From NCBI GenBank assembly GCA_041497895.1, contig JBGQHJ010000012.1, positions 1-56,187 on the forward strand: DNA of 56,187 nucleotides, read 5' to 3'. Shown piece by piece: positions 9,514-19,715 of the stretch; the stretch's first letter is position 1, and each line of letters opens with the position of its first letter. Made by a program: the position numbers and the translations under genes. This DNA comes from Candidatus Methylomirabilia bacterium. GTDB taxonomy: Bacteria; Methylomirabilota; Methylomirabilia; Rokubacteriales; CSP1-6. Below the pieces are notes generated by a model. It did not search any database, had not been told where the DNA came from, and saw only the letters and a program-made list of their open reading frames with translations.

Positions 9514-11000
9514 TCTCTCTCAAGCGCAGCACACTGGGATTCGTGGTCCTCGTCACGCTGGTCGTGGGTGCCGGGCTCGGTACGTGGGGGGCCGGCGCGG
9601 TGGACCAGATCAATCCGTCCGCCCCGGGCGCGGGAGCGCTCGGTCCCCTGCCCTCGGGCACCCAGCCCCGCATCGTGCCCGCGGCCCTGCCGATCCCGTC
9701 GGGCAGCTTCGCCCAGGTGGCGGAGAGCGTGGGCCCGGCGGTGGTCAACATCAACACCGTGACCCGGGTCAGCGGACGCACCCCGGTGGAGGAGTTCTTC
9801 GGCGACGAGCTGCTCAAGCGCTTCTTCGGCGAGGCCCCCGAGCGCCAGCAGGTCCAGCGCAGCCTCGGCTCGGGCGTGATCGTCGACGCCTCCGGCATCG
9901 TGCTCACCAATGCCCACGTGGTCGAGCGCGCCACCGAGATCGAGGTGGCGACCGCCGACGGCAAGAAGCACAAGGCCAAGGTCATGGGCGCCGACCGCAA
10001 GACCGACCTCGCGGTGCTCAAGCTCCAGGGCGGCGGGCCCTACCCCGCGGCCAACCTGGGCGACTCCGATCGGGTGAAGGTCGGCGACTGGGTCCTCGCG
10101 ATCGGCTCGCCCTTCGGCCTCCAGCAGACGGTGACCGCCGGCATCATCAGCGCCAAGGGCCGCTCGATCGGCCAGGGCCCCTTCGACGACTTCCTCCAGA
10201 CCGACGCGGCGATCAACCCGGGCAACTCGGGCGGCCCGCTCGTGAACATGTCGGGCGAGGTGGTCGGCATCAACAGCGCCATCCTCTCGCGGACCGGCGG
10301 CAACGTGGGCATCGGCTTCTCGATCCCGGTGAACATGGCCAAGCGGATCTACACCGAGCTGGCCGCCAAGGGCAAGGTGACGCGCGGCTGGCTCGGCGTG
10401 TCCATCCAGCCCCTCACCACCGACCTGGCCAAGGGCTTCGGGCTCAAGGACGCCAACGGGGTGCTGATCTCGGACGTGGTCCAGGACAGCCCGGCAGCCC
10501 AGGCGGGCATCGCCTCCGGCGACATCATCATCGAGTTCGACCGGAAGAAGGTGGACTCGCCCCAGGAGCTGCAGAAGGTGGTAGCCGCGACCACGCCGGG
10601 GCGCGCGGTGCCGCTCAAGGTCTGGCGCGACAAGGGGGAGAAGACCCTCGAGATCAAGATCGGAGAGACGCCGGACGAGACGGTGGCGCTCAAGTCCACC
10701 AGCAAGGGCAAGGGCCTCCTCGGCCTCGACGTGCGCCCGATCACGCCCGAGCTGGCCCGCCAGCTGAACCTGCGCAACCCGGACGGCGTGATCGTCTTCT
10801 CGGTGGACGAGGACAGCGCTGCCTCCGAGGCGGGTCTGCAGCGGGGCGACGTGATCCGCGAGGTGAACCGCCAGCGGGTGCGCAGCCTGCCGGACTTCGA
10901 GAAGGCGACGAAGGACGTCAAGGACGGCGACCGCGTCACCGTGCTGCTCCAGCGCGGGCCGCAGTCGCTTTACGTCGCCTTCACGGTGGCGCGCGGGTAG
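9510..11000 (+). CDS. degP: HtrA/DegP-DegQ family serine endoprotease with two PDZ domains
   Basis: [37 protein letters not shown], two PDZ-like repeats. Confidence 0.93.
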   Translation: MISLKRSTLGFVVLVTLVVGAGLGTWGAGAVDQINPSAPGAGALGPLPSGTQPRIVPAALPIPSGSFAQVAESVGPAVVNINTVTRVSGRTPVEEFFGDELLKRFFGEAPERQQVQRSLGSGVIVDASGIVLTNAHVVERATEIEVATADGKKHKAKVMGADRKTDLAVLKLQGGGPYPAANLGDSDRVKVGDWVLAIGSPFGLQQTVTAGIISAKGRSIGQGPFDDFLQTDAAINPGNSGGPLVNMSGEVVGINSAILSRTGGNVGIGFSIPVNMAKRIYTELAAKGKVTRGWLGVSIQPLTTDLAKGFGLKDANGVLISDVVQDSPAAQAGIASGDIIIEFDRKKVDSPQELQKVVAATTPGRAVPLKVWRDKGEKTLEIKIGETPDETVALKSTSKGKGLLGLDVRPITPELARQLNLRNPDGVIVFSVDEDSAASEAGLQRGDVIREVNRQRVRSLPDFEKATKDVKDGDRVTVLLQRGPQSLYVAFTVARG

Positions 11001-11019
11001 AGCGTTAGCGGTCTACCGC

Positions 11020-11192
11020 GGGAGGGAGCGGGCGGGGGCGGGGCAGCGGGGGTAGGCCTCTGACCACGACCCGCTCCGACTTCACCTCGCCGGCGGAGTT
11101 CCCAATCGGGGAGCGGTCGCTGTAGGCGATCCCCCGGAGGGAACGGGTCACCCGGCCTACCCCCGCCGCCCCGCCCCCGCCCGCTCCCTCCC
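11020..11192. repeat. 39-bp inverted repeat enclosing a 95-nt branched core (structured element, possible ncRNA or MITE)
   Basis: 11020-11058 is the reverse complement of 11154-11192 with one mismatch, which is a G-U pair on the minus strand. Inner stems tgacc/ggtca and cgctcc/ggagcg. Confidence 0.85.
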
Positions 11193-11291
11193 TTCCCGCT
11201 CGGTTCTTCCTCCGGCGTTCGACTTCCACGTCCCCAACGATGCTGCGCCCGCCGGCTGGCGTGCGAGGCTCAGCGGCCGGGCGGGCCGGGG

Positions 11292-12635
11292 TCAGTGGTC
11301 GGTGGTGGTGCCGTCGTAGGTTTCGCGGCGGCTCATCTTGCGCTGGAAGGCCAGGTAGCCCGCTCGGGTGAGCGGGGGCTTGGCTTGGGCGACGACCTGG
11401 CGGGCGACGGCGGCGTTGTCGGCGAGGAGGTCGATCACCATCGAGGCGAGGGCCTTGGCGTTGGTGAGGTAGGTGAGGACCGGGTCCACGATCTCGTAGT
11501 CGGCGCCGTGCGGCGTGCCCTTGGCTCCTCCCACGTACGGATGGATGATCGGCATGACCTGCCCGAGGTCGCCCATGTCGGTGGAGCCGGTGCGGTGCAG
11601 GATCGTGCGCACGTTGTCGGCGCCCACCAGGTCCGCCGCGATGGTCCGGAAGCGCTCCACCAGGAGCGGGTCGCAGCGGAGCGGCATGTAGCCGGGCAGG
11701 GTCTCGATCTCCACGCTGGCCCCCAGCGCGAGCGCGCCGGCCCGGAGCGCGCGGTCCACCTTCCGGTCGGCGTCCGCGATGGCCTCGAGCGACTTGCCGC
11801 GCACGAAGGTCTCGAGCCGCACCTCGCCCGGGATCACGTTCACCTGCGAGCCGCCTTGGGTGATGATCGGATGCACCCGGATCGTGTCCTCGTCGCGGAA
11901 GGTCTCCCGCAGCGCGTTGATGGCCATGAGGCCGATCTGGGCCGCGTAGAGCGCGTTGATCCCGAGGTGCGGCGCGCCGCCCGCGTGCGAGGCGCGGCCC
12001 ACGTAGCGCACCGTCTTCACCACGCAGCCGTTGTTGGACATCGGCACCGCGAGCTTGCCCTCCTCGCGGCGCGGGGTCGCGTGGATCATCATGCCCATGT
12101 CCACGTCGTCGAGGTGGCCGAGCCTCAGCATCTCCGGCTTGCCGCCCATGAACTCGAGGCGCCCCGCGTCGCGCTGGGCCACCCGCCACTCGACGTCGCC
12201 GTACTCCTCGGCGGGCACGCCCACGAAGGCGACCCGGCCGGCCAGGTGATCGAAGGCGCCGGCCTCGAGCAGGCCCATGGCCGCGCCGAGCATGCCCGCG
12301 ACCTGGGCGTTGTGGCCGCACGCGTGGGCGGCACCGGTCTCCGGGTCGGCCACCGGATGCCCCACCACCACGAGGCCGTCGAGCTCGCCGAAGAGCGCGA
12401 TCGTCGGGCCGTCCCCGGCCCGCCCGGCCACGTCGGCGCGGACGCCGGTGAGGGCCAGCCCGGTCCTCGGGGCCAGACCCATGCGCTCGAAGGTCTGGGC
12501 GACCAGCTTGGCGGTCTTGAACTCCTTGAACCCGAGCTCCGGCTGGCGCCGGATCGCTTCCCCGAGCGCGATGATCTCCTCGCCGCGCCGGTCGATCGTC
12601 GCCTGGACCTTCTGCATCAGCTCCGCCTTGGTCAT
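11292..12635 (-). CDS. M20 family amidohydrolase (AbgB/Ama-like)
   Basis: PELGFKE, ELDGL, HACGHN, PAEE, GRASHAG..PHLGINA, GSTDMG. Confidence 0.9.
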   Translation of the reverse strand: MTKAELMQKVQATIDRRGEEIIALGEAIRRQPELGFKEFKTAKLVAQTFERMGLAPRTGLALTGVRADVAGRAGDGPTIALFGELDGLVVVGHPVADPETGAAHACGHNAQVAGMLGAAMGLLEAGAFDHLAGRVAFVGVPAEEYGDVEWRVAQRDAGRLEFMGGKPEMLRLGHLDDVDMGMMIHATPRREEGKLAVPMSNNGCVVKTVRYVGRASHAGGAPHLGINALYAAQIGLMAINALRETFRDEDTIRVHPIITQGGSQVNVIPGEVRLETFVRGKSLEAIADADRKVDRALRAGALALGASVEIETLPGYMPLRCDPLLVERFRTIAADLVGADNVRTILHRTGSTDMGDLGQVMPIIHPYVGGAKGTPHGADYEIVDPVLTYLTNAKALASMVIDLLADNAAVARQVVAQAKPPLTRAGYLAFQRKMSRRETYDGTTTDH

Positions 12636-12649
12636 GGGATCCTCCTCCT

Positions 12650-12781
12650 GGGAGGCCGCCGAGAAAGGTCCAGCTGCGAGGCGGCGCCCGAAGGCGGCAT
12701 GCGAAGCGTACTCTCCGTACGCTGAGCGTGCCGCCGAGGGCGCCGCACTCCCGCAGATGGGGCCTTTATCGGCGGCCTCCC
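12650..12781. repeat. 132-nt nested palindromic element (REPIN/MITE-like rod hairpin)
   Basis: Arms gggaggccgccgagaaagg/cctttatcggcggcctccc with nested stems gcggcgccc/gggcgccgc, ggcggcatgc/gcgtgccgcc and agcgtac/gtacgct. Confidence 0.8.
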
Positions 12782-12782
12782 C

Positions 12783-13547
12783 CTAGCGCCCGCCGGTGAC
12801 GGCGAGGGTGTGCCCGGTGATGTACGTGGCCTCGTCGGAGGCGAGGAACAGCACCGCGTCGGCCACCTCGTCGGGACGACCGAGTCGCCGCAGCGGGGTC
12901 ATGCGGTTGGGGCTGTACTCCACGGTCTCGTTCATGCGCCGGAGGGCCTCGCCCACCCGCTCGGTGTCGATGGGACCCGGTGCCACCGCGTTGACGTTGA
13001 TGCCGTGCTCGGCGAGCTCGAGCGCGACGTCGCGGATGAAGCCGTGCACGCCGGCCTTGGCCGCCGAGTACGCGGAGCCGCCCTGGTAGTAGGCGGTCCA
13101 CGGCGTGCCCTCCCGCGCGCCGGAGGAGATGCAGACGATCCGGCCGTAGCGGCGCTTCATCATGTGCGGGACCGCGGCGCGGGTGCAGAGAAAGGTCGAG
13201 CGCAGGTTGAGGCGCAGGGTGAAGTCCCAGTCCGCGACCGCCATCTCCCAGATGCGCGCGTTGCGGCTGCCACCCACGTTGTTGACCAGGATGTCGAGAC
13301 GTCCCCCGCGCTCGACCGCGGTCGCGATCAGTCGCGCGGCCGGCTCCGCCTCGGTGTCGTCACCCACCCCCCCGGAGGCCCGTCCGCCCTTGCCGACGAT
13401 CTGGGCGACCGCGCGGTCGAGCGCCGGCGCGTCCACGTCGCCCAGCACCACGGTCGCGCCCTCGCCGGCCAGCCGCTCCGCGATCGCCCGGCCGAGCCCG
13501 TGGGCCGCGCCCGTCACCACCGCCACCTTGTCGTCGAGTCGTGCCAT
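12783..13547 (-). CDS. SDR family oxidoreductase (FabG-like)
   Basis: VTGAAHGLG, LVNNVG, YSAAK, NAVAPGPIDT; TATAAT 7 nt upstream of the ATG. Confidence 0.92.
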   Translation of the reverse strand: MARLDDKVAVVTGAAHGLGRAIAERLAGEGATVVLGDVDAPALDRAVAQIVGKGGRASGGVGDDTEAEPAARLIATAVERGGRLDILVNNVGGSRNARIWEMAVADWDFTLRLNLRSTFLCTRAAVPHMMKRRYGRIVCISSGAREGTPWTAYYQGGSAYSAAKAGVHGFIRDVALELAEHGINVNAVAPGPIDTERVGEALRRMNETVEYSPNRMTPLRRLGRPDEVADAVLFLASDEATYITGHTLAVTGGR

Positions 13548-13610
13548 GGCGGGCATTATAGATGTAAAATCCCTCCGCCAGCTCTCGACCCCCAGGAGGA
13601 TCCGATCTCG

Positions 13611-15149
13611 ATGCCGACCCGCCGCGACCTGTTCAAGCAAGCCGGAGCCGCCGCCGCGCTCGCCGCGCTGCGGCCCGTCGCCGCCGCCGCCCAGGCGAGG
13701 AAGTCCACGCTCACCATCGGCTTCCCGTCGACCCCGGAGACGATCGACCCGCACCAGTTCCGCTCGGTGCTGAGCGGCTCCATCATCGGGCTGATGGGCG
13801 AGGGCCTCCTCACCCGCGATCCCCAGACCATGGAGATCAAGCCGCTCCTCGCGGAGTCGGTGAAGAACCTGAATCCGAACACCTGGGAGGTGAAGCTCCG
13901 CAAGGGCGTCAAGTTCCACAACGGCGAGGACTTCAACGCGGACTCGGTAAAGTTCACCATCGACCGCGCGATCCACTCGAAGCTCAACACCCTGGCCAAG
14001 CTCACCTGGCCGCCGTCGTTCGGCCAGGACATCGTCGTCGTCGATCCCTACACGGTTCGGATCGTCACCAAGGTGCCGGATCCGATGGTGCCGAGCCGGC
14101 TCGCGGCCGAGTCCATGAACATCGCGCCCGCCAAGGGCCTGGCCGAGTACAAGGAGAAGTTCGTCACCGACCGCTTCATCGGCACCGGGCCGTTCCGCTT
14201 CGTCGAGCACGTGGTCGGCGACCGCGTGGTGGTCGAGGCGAACCCGGGCTACTGGGGCGCGAAGCCGGCGGCCCAGAAGATCGTCTGGCAGGTCATTCCC
14301 GACTCGGCGACCCGCCTGGCCGCGCTCCAGCGGGGCGACGTGGACGTGATGCTGAACCTCCCGTTCCCGCTCGCCCCCACCGTGGAGGCCGACTCGAGCC
14401 TGCGGGTGTACTCCGAGCTCTCCTCGCTCACCCACGGCATCCTGTTCAACGCCCGCGAGTCGGCACCACTCAAGGACCGGAAGGTACGACAGGCGCTCAA
14501 CATGGCGGTGGATCGCGCCGCGATCCTGAAGGGCCTCTACTCCGGGCGCGGCCAGTTCCTCAACACCGTCACCGGCAAGAACGTGGCCAACACCATCGAC
14601 CCGGGCGCGTATCCCTACGATCCGGCGCGGGCGAAGGGCCTCCTCGCGGAGGCCGGCTTCGGCCAGGGCTTCGAGCTCACCATGTGGCAGTCGATCGGCC
14701 GGTGGGTGCTGGCCGAGGAGACCGCCCAGGTCATCGCGGGCTACTGGGACAAGATCGGAGTCAAGACCAAGGTGCAGGTGCTCGAGTGGGCGGAGTTCAA
14801 CAAGCGCTCCGCCGCTTCCGCCCACAAGGACTGCTTCTACTACGCGTTCATCAACGGCACGTGGGACGCGTCCTACACCGTGCAGCGCTTCAAGCCCGAC
14901 TTCCAGACCTTCCGCTACTTCGACGCCTCCGGCGATCTCCTCAAGACGATCGAGGAGTACGAGCGGACGTTCGACCCGAAGAAGCGCAGGGAGCTCGGGG
15001 CCAAGGCGCTCAAGGGCCTGCACGACGAGGCGGTGTGGCTCTTCCTGTGGCAGCTCGACGAGCTCTTCGGCGTCTCCCGGAAGGTCAAGGGGTTCAAGAT
15101 GCGCCCGGACAACGTGCTCTGGGTGCGCGACACCTACGTGGAGGCCTGA
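13611..15149 (+). CDS. Peptide/nickel ABC transporter substrate-binding protein (family 5), Tat signal
   Basis: AGGAGG RBS; MPTRRDLFK twin-arginine motif; LRKGVKFHNG, GTGPF, VRQALNMAVDR. Confidence 0.92.
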   Translation: MPTRRDLFKQAGAAAALAALRPVAAAAQARKSTLTIGFPSTPETIDPHQFRSVLSGSIIGLMGEGLLTRDPQTMEIKPLLAESVKNLNPNTWEVKLRKGVKFHNGEDFNADSVKFTIDRAIHSKLNTLAKLTWPPSFGQDIVVVDPYTVRIVTKVPDPMVPSRLAAESMNIAPAKGLAEYKEKFVTDRFIGTGPFRFVEHVVGDRVVVEANPGYWGAKPAAQKIVWQVIPDSATRLAALQRGDVDVMLNLPFPLAPTVEADSSLRVYSELSSLTHGILFNARESAPLKDRKVRQALNMAVDRAAILKGLYSGRGQFLNTVTGKNVANTIDPGAYPYDPARAKGLLAEAGFGQGFELTMWQSIGRWVLAEETAQVIAGYWDKIGVKTKVQVLEWAEFNKRSAASAHKDCFYYAFINGTWDASYTVQRFKPDFQTFRYFDASGDLLKTIEEYERTFDPKKRRELGAKALKGLHDEAVWLFLWQLDELFGVSRKVKGFKMRPDNVLWVRDTYVEA

Positions 15150-15150
15150 A

Positions 15151-16074
15151 GCGCTTCCGTTCCTCCTGCGTCGGCTCGGCCACGCGGCGGTCGTGGCCGT
15201 CGGGGTCTCGCTCGTGGTCTTCGGGCTGGTTCACCTCTCGGGTGATCCGGTGCTCCTGATGGTCTCGAGCGACGCTCCGCCCGACGTCGTGGCCACCACC
15301 CGCCACGCGCTCGGCTTCGACCGCCCGCTCCACCGGCAGTTCACCGACTACGTGACGCGGGCGGCCCGGGGCGACCTGGGGGTGTCGCTCAGGAGCAGCC
15401 TGCCGGTGGCCACGCTGATCCGCGAGCGGCTGCCCGCCACCGTGGAGCTGACCGTCGCCGCGCTCCTGATCGCGGTGGCCGTCGCGATCCCGGCCGGCAT
15501 CGTCTCCGCGGTCAAGCGCGGCTCGGCCCTCGACCGCCTCGCCATGGTGGGCGCGGTGGCCGGCCAGGCCATCCCGATCTTCTGGCTCGCGCTGCTCCTG
15601 ATCGCCTTCTTCGGCGTCTACCTGCGCTGGCTGCCCGTCTTCGGCCGCGGCTCCCTGGCCCACCTCGTGCTCCCGGCGGTGAGCCTCTCCACCGTGATCC
15701 TCGGCCGCCTGGCCCGCCTGGTGCGCTCGAGCATGCTGGAGGTGCTCGGCCAGGACTACGTGCGCACCGCGCGCGCCAAGGGCGTCGGCGAGGTGCGGGT
15801 GCTCGCCGGGCACGCCCTCAAGAACGCGGCGATCCCGATCGTCACCCTGCTGGGCCTGCAGTTCGCCCAGCTCCTGGGCGGCGCGGTGGTGACCGAGACC
15901 ATCTTCGCGTGGCCGGGCATCGGCCGCCTGGTGGTGGAGGCGATCTTCAACCGCGACTTCCCGGTGGTGCAGGGCGTGGTGCTGGTGGTCTCGCTGATCT
16001 TCGTGGCGGTGAACCTGCTGGTCGACCTGGCCTACGTCGCGCTCGATCCACGCATCCGCACCGACGCCTCCTGA
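15151..16074 (+). CDS. Peptide ABC transporter permease (DppB-like); canonical start codon missing
   Basis: EAA loop RSSMLEVLGQDYVRTARAKG, ETIFAWPGIG, DPRIR. Homologous N-terminus LPFLLRRLG extends to GCG at 15151; first GTG at 15193. Confidence 0.88.
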   Translation, partial: ALPFLLRRLGHAAVVAVGVSLVVFGLVHLSGDPVLLMVSSDAPPDVVATTRHALGFDRPLHRQFTDYVTRAARGDLGVSLRSSLPVATLIRERLPATVELTVAALLIAVAVAIPAGIVSAVKRGSALDRLAMVGAVAGQAIPIFWLALLLIAFFGVYLRWLPVFGRGSLAHLVLPAVSLSTVILGRLARLVRSSMLEVLGQDYVRTARAKGVGEVRVLAGHALKNAAIPIVTLLGLQFAQLLGGAVVTETIFAWPGIGRLVVEAIFNRDFPVVQGVVLVVSLIFVAVNLLVDLAYVALDPRIRTDAS

Positions 16075-16907
16075 TGCGCCGCGACTGGGCGTTCTGGCTC
16101 TCCGCGGCGGCGCTCGGGATCATCGTGGCCTCCGCGATCTTCGCCGAGCGCCTCGCCCCCTACGGGCCCAACGACCAGGACATCCTCACGCGGCTGCAGC
16201 CCCCCGACCTCTCCGCCCACGTGCTCGGCACCGACGAGGTCGGCCGCGACATCCTGAGCCGCCTGATCTACGGCGCGCGGATCTCGCTGCTGGTGGGGGT
16301 GATCGCGGTCGGCCTCTCCTGCCCGCTCGGGGTGCTGGTGGGCCTGGTGGCCGGCTACGCGGGGCGGCGGGTCGACTCGGTGCTGATGCACGTCACCGAC
16401 ATCCAGCTCGCGATCCCCACCATCCTCCTCGCGATCGCGGTGGTCGCGGTGCTGGGGCCCGGGCTGCCCAACGTGATCCTCACCTTGAGCGTGACCGGCT
16501 GGACCCTCTACGCCCGCCTGGTGCGGGGTGAGACCCTGACCGTGAAGACCCGAGACTTCGTGCAGGCCGCCCGCGCCAACGGCGCCGGCGACGCGCGCAT
16601 CATGGCGCGCCACGTGCTGCCCAACGTGCTCTCCCCGGTCATCGTGGTCGCGGTCTTCGCGGTGGCCAACATGATCGTGCTGGAGGCCACCCTCTCGTTC
16701 CTGGGGCTCGGGGTGGAGCCGAGCGTGGTGACGTGGGGGCGGATGCTGAACGGAGGTCGCCTCTATCTCCGGACCGCGTGGTGGCTCACCGCGTTCCCGG
16801 GCCTCGCCATCTTCGTCACCGTGCTCGCGGTGAACCTGCTCGGCGACCACCTGCGCGACTGGCTGGACCCGCGCCTGCGCGGCTCGCTGGGCGGCGCGCA
16901 GGTCTGA
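16074..16907 (+). CDS. Peptide ABC transporter permease (DppC-like)
   Basis: LGTDEVGRDILSRLIYGARISL, FVQAARANGA, LSFLGLG, GDHLRDWLDPR. Confidence 0.92.
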   Translation: MRRDWAFWLSAAALGIIVASAIFAERLAPYGPNDQDILTRLQPPDLSAHVLGTDEVGRDILSRLIYGARISLLVGVIAVGLSCPLGVLVGLVAGYAGRRVDSVLMHVTDIQLAIPTILLAIAVVAVLGPGLPNVILTLSVTGWTLYARLVRGETLTVKTRDFVQAARANGAGDARIMARHVLPNVLSPVIVVAVFAVANMIVLEATLSFLGLGVEPSVVTWGRMLNGGRLYLRTAWWLTAFPGLAIFVTVLAVNLLGDHLRDWLDPRLRGSLGGAQV

Positions 16908-17011
16908 AGCACTGGACCGGACCCTGCAAGCGGCGGCACGACGCCCACGAGTGACGGCCCGATGGCGTCTCGCGCCTTCCATCATATGCCGTGCTATCGT
17001 GTGAGCCGCCG

Positions 17012-19566
17012 ATGATGTCCTCCATCCTCCTGCGCGACACCCTCTGGAACGTGCCGTTCTGGGCTGCCCTCGCCGTGGCCATCCTGGCGGGTCCCTCCCA
17101 CGTCGGCCACGCCGCCGAGCCACCCACCGCGGCCGCGATCCTGCAGCAGCTGCGCAGCTTCGCCATCATGGGCCGCGTGCTCTACGTCGCCGCCCATCCG
17201 GACGACGAGAACACGCAGATCATCACCTACCTGGCGCGCGGTCGCGGATACCGCACCGCCTACCTCTCGCTGACCCGCGGCGACGGCGGACAGAACCTGC
17301 TCGGCCCCCAGCTCGGCGAGGCCCTCGGCGTGGCGCGGACGCAGGAGCTGATCGCCGCCCGCCGGCTGGACGGCGGGCGGCAGTACTTTACGCGCGCGAA
17401 GGACTTCGGCTACTCGAAGAACTCCGAGGAGACGCTGAGCGTCTGGGACCGCCAGGCCGTCCTCGGCGACATCGTCCGCGTGATCCGCGAGTTCCGCCCG
17501 GACGTCATCATCACGCGGTTCTCCCCGAAGCCTGCCCCCACCCACGGCCATCACACCGCGTCGGCCGTGCTCGCGGTCGAAGCGTTCAGGCTCGCCGCCG
17601 ACCCCGCCGCGTTTCCCGAGCAGCTCCGCGAGCTCAGGCCCTGGCAAGCGCGGCGCATCGTCCACAACGTCGGCCTGGGCGCCGCCGCCGCGAACCCGGG
17701 CGCCGGGATGGCGGTCGCGGGCTCACCGGGGAATGTCCCGGACGGACCGGGCGTGGTGAAGGTCGATGTCGGCGGCCGAGATCCGGTGTCGGGCGAGTCG
17801 TTCGCGTCGATCGCGGCTCGCAGCCGTGGTATGCACAAGACGCAGGGCTTCGGCGTCGGCGGCCCGCCCGTGAACGAAGGCTCGCGGATCGAGCCGTTCG
17901 TCCTGCTCGCCGGCGACGCGGCAACGAACGATCTTCTCGACGGCGTGGACACGACATGGAACCGCGTGCCGGGTGGCGCCGAGATCGCGCGGTCGATCGA
18001 CGAGGCGATCGCGACGTTCAACGCTCACGACGTGGCCGCCCGGGTGCCCGCGCTGCTCGCGATCCGCCGCCGGCTCGCCGCGCTCCCCGCGGATCCGGTG
18101 GTGAGCGACAAGCGCGAGCAGCTCGATCGGATCATTCAGGCGTGTCTCGGTCTCGAGGTCGACACCGTGGTGGATCGGGCCGAGGTCGTGCCCGGCGAGA
18201 CTTTGAGACTGCGCCACACCGCCGTGGTGCGCTCGCGCATCCCCGTGCGCTGGACGGCGGTGCGGTACCCGAGCGCTCACCGCGCGCTCAACGAGGCCGT
18301 CGCGCTGCGCCCGAACCGGCCGGTCGTTCGCAAAGCCTCCCAGGTCGTGCCCGCGAGCACGCCGCTGAGCCAGCCGTACTGGCTGCGCACGGAGGGTACG
18401 GCCGGACTGTTCGACGTGGACGATCCGGCGCTCATCGGCCGTGCCGAGACCCCCCCTACCCTCCCTCTCGAGTACGTCTTCGACGTCGGCGGGCAGACGC
18501 TGGTGATCGCCGGCGAGCCGATGTCGGCCGTGGATCCGCCCAAACCCGGGCTGCGCCGGCGGGTGGAGGTCATCGCGCCGGTCTCGTTGCGGTTCATCGC
18601 GGCCGTGCGGCTCTTCGCGCCCGGCGCCGCGCGGCCGGTGACGGTGGAGCTCACCGCCGCCCGCCCGCGCGCCGCCGGCACCGTGCAGCTCGCCGCGCCG
18701 GCCGGCTGGACCGTGACGCCGGCCTCACAGCCGTTTCGACTCGCCGCCCCTGGCGAACACGCGCGCTTCACCTTCACCGTGACCGCGCCCGCGCAGCTCG
18801 CGACCGCGCCGCTCGACGCGAGCGTGGAGATCAACGGCCGGCGCTTCGACCGGCAGCGTGTCGAGATTCGCTACGATCACTGCCTCTCCAGCTCCTGCAC
18901 CCGCCGGCACGCGCCAAGGCGGTGTCGCTCGAGCTCGCGACTCGCGGCCGCCACGTCGGCTACCTCCCGGGCGCCGGCGACGACGTGGCCGCCGCGCTCG
19001 AGGAGATGGGATACGAGCTCACCTGGCTGACCGGCGCCGACCTCACGCCGGACCGGCTGCGCGGTCTTGACGCGGTGGTCGTCGGTATCCGCGCCTTCAA
19101 CGTGAGAACGGATCTCGCCGACCGCCTGCCCGCGCTGTTCGGGTACGTCGAGGCGGGCGGCACGGTCGTCGCGCAGTACAACACGCTGGACGGCCTGCGC
19201 GAGAGCTGGCTCGCGCCGTTCCACCTGCGCCTCTCGCGGGACCGCGTGACCGACGAGCACGCACCGGTGACGATCCTGGCGCCCGAGCATCCCGTGCTGA
19301 CCACCCCGAATCGCATCACCGCCGCGGACTTCGAGGGCTGGGTGCAGGAGCGCGGTCTCTACTTCCCCGATCAGTGGGACGACCGCTTCACCCCGATCCT
19401 CGCCTCCAGTGACGCCGGCGAGCCGCCGCTCAGGGGCGGCCTGCTGGCCGCGCGGCTCGGCAAGGGCTACTTCGTCTACACCAGCCTCGCGTGGTTTCGT
19501 CAGCTCCCCGAAGCAGTCCCCGGCGCGTACCGCTTGTTCGCGAATCTCGTCTCGCTGGCCAAATGA
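17012..19566 (+). pseudogene. Large exported PIG-L/LmbE family deacetylase (~851 aa if repaired; beta-rich Ig/NEW3-like middle and glutamine-amidotransferase-like C-terminus). Interrupted as sequenced by a 1-nt frameshift at ~18880; possibly intact in vivo
   Basis: AAHPDDE, LTRGDGGQN, DFGYSK, THGHH in the first frame. After IRYDH the protein continues as LPLQLLHP...WVQERGLYF...GAYRLFANL in another frame; adding one C at gatcac|tgcct restores it. Confidence 0.85.
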
Positions 19567-19715
19567 CGCCCGTGCCGCACCCCGACGGGCGCTCCGAGGC
19601 CGAGCCGCCCCACGTCCCCGGCTTCCGCACCTGGCCGGGCGTCTACCTCTTCGTCTTCGGGTGGTTCCTCCTCGTGCTCCTCCTGCTGACCGTGTTCACC
19701 AGGATCTTCTCGTGA
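19563..19715 (+). CDS. Small single-TM membrane protein (50 aa), putative symporter accessory subunit
   Basis: ATGA overlap with the PIG-L stop and GTGA overlap with the symporter start; TM segment WPGVYLFVFGWFLLVLLLLTVFT. Confidence 0.72.
   Translation: MTPVPHPDGRSEAEPPHVPGFRTWPGVYLFVFGWFLLVLLLLTVFTRIFS

Noticed and set aside
11020..11192. 6S RNA, SRP RNA or retron msr-msd assignment
   Set aside because: No 6S-type central bubble or usual gene context, no SRP GGAA-loop motif recognised, and no reverse transcriptase nearby.
12783..15023. 746-aa ORF suggesting an SDR fusion
   Set aside because: Only the last 254 aa are SDR; the rest is antisense to the ABC substrate-binding gene.
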